This document shows, one piece after another, positions 55,609 to 60,384 of a DNA stretch of 60,384 nt. The DNA lies in NCBI GenBank assembly GCA_965563795.1, contig CBEXJS010000002.1:1-60384 (forward strand). The letters are read 5' to 3'. Under the pieces are notes generated by a model. The model saw only the letters and a list, made by a program, of their open reading frames with translations. It was not told the DNA's origin and did not search any database. This stretch comes from an uncultured Thermoplasmatales archaeon (lineage in GTDB: Archaea > Thermoplasmatota > E2 > UBA202 > JdFR-43). Position 1 is the first letter of the stretch. Each line of letters begins with the position of its first letter. The position numbers and the translations under genes were made by a program.

Positions 55609-55944
55609 GTGGATTGTGAAAATGTATTCAAATGCTTATTCAATGCAGGGAAAAGAGAAATAGAGATTTATAAGCTTCTCCTGAGAGGAAGTAAAAGAGT
55701 AGATGAAATTTGTCAAATTGTTGGGAAAGATAGGAGCACTGTGCAACGTATATTGAATAAGTTAGTAAAATGTAAAATTGTGAGGAGAGAAAAAAGAATA
55801 ATAAAAAATGGAGGAGGATACTATTTTGTATATAAAGCGGTATCTCCAGATAAATTAAGGAGATGGTTGGAGAAATGTATTGAAGACTGGCAAAAGGAAA
55901 TGAAAGAAGCAATAAAAAATATTGAGGAATTTATGTTATCTTAA
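55609..55944 (+). CDS. Winged-helix transcriptional regulator (TrmB/ArsR-like)
   Basis: REIEIYKLLLRGSKRVDEICQIVGKDRSTVQRILNKLVKCKIV is a wHTH. The track start 55561 is TTG abutting the trx promoter. GTG 55609 is a plausible start, but the start remains uncertain. Confidence 0.6.
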   Translation: MDCENVFKCLFNAGKREIEIYKLLLRGSKRVDEICQIVGKDRSTVQRILNKLVKCKIVRREKRIIKNGGGYYFVYKAVSPDKLRRWLEKCIEDWQKEMKEAIKNIEEFMLS

Positions 55945-56317
55945 AAGCATATTCTATTTTTACCTTATCTTTCAGCATATTTGCAATAGAACAATATTTT
56001 TGTATAGAAAGCTCAATAGCATCTTTACATGCTTTTTCTTCTAAATCCCCCTTAAAAATATAATTTATTTTAATTTCTTCAAAAATTTTGGGATATTCAT
56101 CTTTTCTTTTTCCTTCTATTTCTATTTCCAATTTTTCCAGATTTTGCCTTTTCTTTTTCAATATTACAACGACATCCATTGCTGTGCATGTTGCCAATGA
56201 AAGCAATAAAGCTTGCATTGGAGATAAAGAATTTTTTCCATCGTCTAATATGATAGAATGGTTTTCTATCTCTCCTAAAAAACACAGGTCCTTTATGTAA
56301 GTTATTTTGCCTTTCAT
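55931..56317 (-). CDS. OsmC/Ohr-family peroxiredoxin-like protein
   Basis: SPMQALLLSLATCTAMDVVVILKK is the OsmC Cys motif. ATG 56317 (MKGKITY) gives a typical length of about 128 aa. Confidence 0.7.
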   Translation of the reverse strand: MKGKITYIKDLCFLGEIENHSIILDDGKNSLSPMQALLLSLATCTAMDVVVILKKKRQNLEKLEIEIEGKRKDEYPKIFEEIKINYIFKGDLEEKACKDAIELSIQKYCSIANMLKDKVKIEYAFKIT

Positions 56318-56340
56318 GATTGTTAATCTCTTTGCAAATA

Positions 56341-56350
56341 TATTTTTATT
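56341..56350 (+). promoter_or_regulatory. TATA-like box of the Memo-family gene (leaderless configuration)
   Basis: TATTTTTATT at -28 to -19 relative to ATG 56369. Confidence 0.4.
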
Positions 56351-56368
56351 CGATTTTGATATATCTTC

Positions 56369-57199
56369 ATGCTTCGAAAACCAGCTGTTGCAGGGCATTT
56401 TTATGAAGGAAAAAAAGAGGCTTTGCTTGAGGAAATAAGAGAATGTTTTTTAAAAGGTCCTGGAGAAATTCCTGTAGTTGAGGAAAGAAAAGGGCATATA
56501 AAAGGAATAGTTGTGCCACATGCTGGTTATATATACTCTGGATACGTTGCTGCCTACGCTTACTATGAGTTGGCTGATGATTTTCCAGATAAGTTTATAA
56601 TTCTTGGTCCAAATCATCATGGATATGGTGCGCCAGTTGCAATCATGACTGAAGGAGAATGGGAAACCCCCTTAGGCAAGGTTAAAATAGATGAAGAAGC
56701 GAAAAAATATTGCAAGGGCATTATCCAAAATGATGAAATTGCGCATATGTATGAACATAGTTTAGAGGTTCAGATTCCCTTTTTGCAATTCTTAAAGGAA
56801 GATTTTACAATAATTCCCATATGTTTTGGCTATCAGGACTATGAAACAGTAAAAGAAGTTGGAGAAATTCTGGCGGAGAATGAAGATGCTGTTTTTATTG
56901 CAAGTAGTGACTTCTCCCATGTTAGCTTTTCCAAATTTCCAACCAAAGAAGATATAAAAGAAAATGTAGAAAAGAAAGACATGATGGCAATAGAAGAGAT
57001 ACTGAATTTAAATGCAAAAGGACTCATTGAGAAAGTAGAAAAATACAACATAACAATGTGCGGATATGGCGCGGTAGGGGCAATGCTTGAAGCGTTGAAA
57101 GGAAAGGCTAAAAAAGCAAGGTTGTTAAAATATGCAACTTCCTATGATGTGGAGCCAGGCACCTATTGCGTAGGATATGCTTCTATAGTTATAGAATAA
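56369..57199 (+). CDS. MEMO1-family protein (AmmeMemoRadiSam system protein B)
   Basis: 276 aa with RKPAVAGHFY, VPHAGYIYSG, GPNHHG, HSLEVQIPFL and SSDFSH. Confidence 0.82.
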   Translation: MLRKPAVAGHFYEGKKEALLEEIRECFLKGPGEIPVVEERKGHIKGIVVPHAGYIYSGYVAAYAYYELADDFPDKFIILGPNHHGYGAPVAIMTEGEWETPLGKVKIDEEAKKYCKGIIQNDEIAHMYEHSLEVQIPFLQFLKEDFTIIPICFGYQDYETVKEVGEILAENEDAVFIASSDFSHVSFSKFPTKEDIKENVEKKDMMAIEEILNLNAKGLIEKVEKYNITMCGYGAVGAMLEALKGKAKKARLLKYATSYDVEPGTYCVGYASIVIE

Positions 57200-57559
57200 T
57201 CAACCTTTACTTTGTATTGCTTCCTGTATTCTATTCTGTAATTCTTCTATTTTTTCTTTTAATCTGCTTTCCTGGCTTTCCAAGCTCTTCTTTCTTATTT
57301 CCAAGCTTTCTTTATCTTCTTGTAGTTCTTTTAGTAACTTATCCTTATTTGCCTTGACAATTAAATTTCCTATAGCCTTATAAACAGCTTCCTCTCCACT
57401 CAATTTACTTAACTCCTCTATTGCTGTCTCTGTCTCCTTTAACCTTGCCTCAATTTGCAATCTTTGTTGTGCTATAATTTCATATTGTTGTTGTAATTGT
57501 TGCATTTGCTTAATCTGATTTTGCACTTGTGGAGGCAAGTCTTCATATTTTATTGCCAT
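57200..57559 (-). CDS. pfdB: Prefoldin beta subunit
   Basis: 119 aa coiled coil with LPPQVQNQIKQMQQLQQQ and VYKAIGNLIVK in the central hairpin. Confidence 0.82.
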   Translation of the reverse strand: MAIKYEDLPPQVQNQIKQMQQLQQQYEIIAQQRLQIEARLKETETAIEELSKLSGEEAVYKAIGNLIVKANKDKLLKELQEDKESLEIRKKSLESQESRLKEKIEELQNRIQEAIQSKG

Positions 57560-57583
57560 GGAAAAGTTATCAGCTATACAGTT

Positions 57584-58048
57584 TTAAATATATTGGTAAC
57601 TTGCCTCCACATTTTGTTTATAATCAATTAAAGAAAAGAAAATTTTACCTTTAATATACCCTTTCAATGTTATTTTGAAATTCAATTTCTTTATTGCTTC
57701 GACAATACTTTCTGCAACTTTATCAAAATATATTTTGATACGCATACTAATACTCCTGCTTGAATAGCTAGGAATATCAATTTTTGAGAAATTCATTTCT
57801 CCTATAGAAACATTTAGGATATAAATATTGAATTTTCCTTGTAAATCCTCTATCCTCTTTTTCTCATCATTTATAATTTTTATGCTTAAATTAAGAGTAA
57901 CATATCTATGAATTAAATTTATTTTGCCCAATTTTGCATCATAAATTTCAACTTTTGCATTTTTAATTGCTCTAATTTCCAATCCAACATTGTATATTAG
58001 AGCGATTAGAATCAAAGCTGAAGCAAAAATTGCTATAATTTTTTTCAT
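57584..58048 (-). CDS. Hypothetical membrane-anchored protein (LEA_2-like beta-sandwich possible)
   Basis: 154 aa with an N-terminal TM helix. No catalytic motif recognised. It overlaps fen by 4 nt. Confidence 0.45.
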   Translation of the reverse strand: MKKIIAIFASALILIALIYNVGLEIRAIKNAKVEIYDAKLGKINLIHRYVTLNLSIKIINDEKKRIEDLQGKFNIYILNVSIGEMNFSKIDIPSYSSRSISMRIKIYFDKVAESIVEAIKKLNFKITLKGYIKGKIFFSLIDYKQNVEASYQYI

Positions 58049-59067
58049 CCAAAATCAAACAAACTTTTTTGCTTAAAGCTTTTTGCAAATTTCTTATATT
58101 TTTCCAAAGCATTTCTCACTCTATCCTCGCTAAACTGATGCTCATTACAAAGCAAATCTATTACTTTGTTTTCATCCACCTCTCTCCACTCCAACTTATA
58201 GTTCTCATTTACTTCTGGCTCAAGAAATATTTTCCTTATTTCCTCATAATTTTCTATCTCCGGTATTTTTTTCATTTCAACTAACCTTTCAATACTCTTA
58301 TATTCCTTAATGAGTTGCAAAGCTTTTTTTGGTCCTATCCCTTTTATTCCCTCGTTAAAATCAGTTCCTATTAAAATAGCAATATCTACCAATTGCTCTC
58401 TTGTAATTCCATTTTTCTCCAACACTTTCTGCAACTCAACTTCTTCTGGCACAACTTCCACATATATTTGCTTATCTGGAAGCTTTCTTTTTCCAGTAAT
58501 AGCAAGATTTCTAACAAGCAAGGGAGAGCCAAAAAGCAAAGCATCATAGTCTTGTGAGGCAACCATATCAACATCTCCTCTTGCATTCATGTACGCTGCC
58601 TGCGCCTCCCCCTCGCTTTTTGCGTCAACGTAAGGAATGCCTAATGCATCAAGCAGTTTTTTGGCTTCCTCCACTTTTTCTTTGTCTATACTGCTTGTTC
58701 TTACAGCTTTTTTGAAAGCTTCCTCTAAATCACCTGCTTCCAGTGCCTTAATCCATTCTTCTTTTGCCTCTTCCCTTACAGCTTTTCTTTCTTCAAGAGT
58801 TTTTAATTTCAAAGGATGTGGTTTGCCATCAAAAACATAAACTGGTTTAATGCCCTCTTCCACTAAATTTGCTGTTCTATAAAGCAATCCTGATAAATGG
58901 GAAGTTATTCTGCCTTTCGAATCTTTTAATGGAGTGCCATCTCTCTGCCTTATTATGGAAAGAAATTGGTGCATTGCATTGTAGGCGTCGATAGCAACAA
59001 CTTTCCCTTTCAAATCATGCAAACTTATTTGCTTTGCTACAATTAAAGGCTTTAGATCTACTCCCAT
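58045..59067 (-). CDS. fen: Flap endonuclease 1
   Basis: 340 aa with MGVDLKPLI...GKVVAIDAYNAMHQFLS, SQDYDALLFG, GTDFN and a C-terminal PIP-like SLFDFG. Confidence 0.92.
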   Translation of the reverse strand: MGVDLKPLIVAKQISLHDLKGKVVAIDAYNAMHQFLSIIRQRDGTPLKDSKGRITSHLSGLLYRTANLVEEGIKPVYVFDGKPHPLKLKTLEERKAVREEAKEEWIKALEAGDLEEAFKKAVRTSSIDKEKVEEAKKLLDALGIPYVDAKSEGEAQAAYMNARGDVDMVASQDYDALLFGSPLLVRNLAITGKRKLPDKQIYVEVVPEEVELQKVLEKNGITREQLVDIAILIGTDFNEGIKGIGPKKALQLIKEYKSIERLVEMKKIPEIENYEEIRKIFLEPEVNENYKLEWREVDENKVIDLLCNEHQFSEDRVRNALEKYKKFAKSFKQKSLFDFG

Positions 59068-59420
59068 TTTATCTCAAAGCTGAACCACTCTACTTTTTTA
59101 TCTTCAACGAGTTTTTTAATTTTCTTCTGCTCTTGGCTTAATTTCCCTCCAGCAGATTTGAATTCAACGAAAATTATCTTGTCATCTTCAAATTGTATGC
59201 CATCAATAGGAGAGCCAATGAACCTGAATTTTTTTGTGTCATATGGATAATCTTTCATAAAAGGAGCAAACTGCTCTGTTATTTTTCCATATAAAGAAGC
59301 CATGCTCTTCTTTTGCTTTTTTAAAGGAATAGCGACTTTGCGGTAAATAATAACGCTTCCAATAAGAAAACCAAATAAAATGCCTATAACAAAAATCCAT
59401 AGTAGCAGAAATATATCCAT
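59058..59420 (-). CDS. Membrane-anchored endonuclease-like protein related to archaeal Holliday-junction resolvase fold
   Basis: 120 aa with an N-terminal TM helix. The segment RFIGSPIDGIQFEDDKIIFVEFKSAGGKLSQEQKKI is a PD-(D/E)xK-like D...E-x-K pattern. Confidence 0.5.
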   Translation of the reverse strand: MDIFLLLWIFVIGILFGFLIGSVIIYRKVAIPLKKQKKSMASLYGKITEQFAPFMKDYPYDTKKFRFIGSPIDGIQFEDDKIIFVEFKSAGGKLSQEQKKIKKLVEDKKVEWFSFEIKWE

Positions 59421-59422
59421 TT

Positions 59423-60115
59423 TTATCCTCTAAATTTATACTTTATTAAATATTTAAAATTCTCCCAACCATCTTTCCAAGATTGTAGTTTTGCTTCCCC
59501 TTTCCTTTCATATAAGCATGAAGGAATTTCTTTTGCTTTTATTTCCTTGTTTTTAAACATCTCTATTTTTATTTCTTCTGAAAATGGCATTCCATCATGA
59601 AATTCTTCCAATGGCTTTATTTTCTCCAGAGCTTCTTTTCTTATTATCCACATTCCAGATTGAGAATCTTTTATATTTATGCCGTATAGAAGGCGGAGAG
59701 TCAAAGATAAAATTAAATTCCCTACTTTGTGCTTAAAACTCATTGCTTTTTTCGATAAACCAGCAAATCTATTTGTTGTTATAAAATCCAAATTTTCTTT
59801 TAGCATTAAATCAATATATTCATGAACTTTATCAAAAGGATAGGTTCCATCTGCATCTCCTGTAACAATAATATCTCCATCTGCTTCCTTCAATCCAGTT
59901 TTATAGGCTCTTCCGTATCCTTTTCTTGGCTCAATTATAACTTTAGCTCCTTTTTTCTTTGCAATTTCAACAGTTCTATCTGTTGAATTTCCATCTACAA
60001 CCAATATTTCTAAATCCCACCCTCTTTTTTTGAATTCTTCTTTTTTAATGGAGTCTATAGTTATTCCTATTCCTTCTTCTTCATTCAATGTTGGCAATAC
60101 AATACTTACTTTCAT
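59423..60115 (-). CDS. Family 2 glycosyltransferase (dolichyl-phosphate mannose/glucose synthase-like)
   Basis: 230 aa with VSIVLPTLNEEEGI, VVDGNSTD and TGDADGT (DxD). Confidence 0.82.
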   Translation of the reverse strand: MKVSIVLPTLNEEEGIGITIDSIKKEEFKKRGWDLEILVVDGNSTDRTVEIAKKKGAKVIIEPRKGYGRAYKTGLKEADGDIIVTGDADGTYPFDKVHEYIDLMLKENLDFITTNRFAGLSKKAMSFKHKVGNLILSLTLRLLYGINIKDSQSGMWIIRKEALEKIKPLEEFHDGMPFSEEIKIEMFKNKEIKAKEIPSCLYERKGEAKLQSWKDGWENFKYLIKYKFRG

Positions 60116-60170
60116 TGATTTGCATATAGTTTCATCTTAAAATTTTTTGTATTTTATGGTAAATGAATGA

Positions 60171-60331
60171 AGTTGAATAAAATGAAAGAACGGTTGTCAC
60201 TGATCAATATTGTATGAGGAATCTACTATAGCAACATCTTTTCATTAATTTTTCACCTGAATGAATATTCGAGGCTATGAAAGAAATATTGTCATTGGCT
60301 ATAGATGGGAAGTTTTGCTATGATTTTCGGC
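60171..60331 (+). repeat. Two plus-orientation units of the dispersed repeat family (60171-60236 and 60267-60331)
   Basis: Unit 1 (66 bp) is AATGAAAGAACGGTTGTCACTGATCAATATTGTATGAGGAATCTACTATAGCAACATCTTTTCATT. Unit 2 is ATGAAAGAAATATTGTCATTGGCTATAGATGGGAAGTTTTGCTATGATTTTCGGCAAGAATTCAT. Confidence 0.7.
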
Positions 60332-60384
60332 AAGAATTCATGTAAGGAAATGTGATAGCAAAATAACAGAATTTTATAGAAAGC

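Overview
AT-rich, densely packed archaeal chromosomal segment. Archaeal hallmarks are Alba, aMBF1, Trm1, class I LysRS, FEN1, prefoldin beta, split transketolase, uS15, archaeal DtdA and an H/ACA guide RNA. Reverse gyrase points to a (hyper)thermophile. I support about 60 protein genes, one tRNA-Leu(CAA) and one double-hairpin H/ACA sRNA. The ORF track uses the longest ATG/GTG/TTG ORF, so several N-termini look over-extended and I give shorter starts where the sequence supports them. The main candidate is a three-gene cassette at 51227-52490. It encodes a 77-aa ubiquitin-like protein ending in Gly-Gly-stop, a eukaryote-type UBC/E2 with an HPN motif and catalytic Cys, and a JAMM/MPN+ isopeptidase. 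No E1 or RING E3 is present anywhere in the window. Other notable content follows. (1) A family of roughly 65-75 bp MITE-like repeats with imperfect terminal inverted repeats fills almost every longer intergenic gap. (2) A bacterial-type queA-tgt pair sits in an archaeal context. (3) There is a Ku-ligase operon. (4) Six secreted cysteine peptidases are present: three C25 gingipain-like paralogs with nucleotide-identical patches, one caspase/legumain-like, one papain C1-PKD and one Ntn C69-like. (5) Two beta-helix surface proteins are present, and one carries a perfect 282-bp in-frame internal duplication. (6) A KaiC-like/HTH/reverse-gyrase gene string is tightly linked. Everything is read by eye from the sequence and the ORF track. 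No searches were run, and family assignments rest on recalled motifs.
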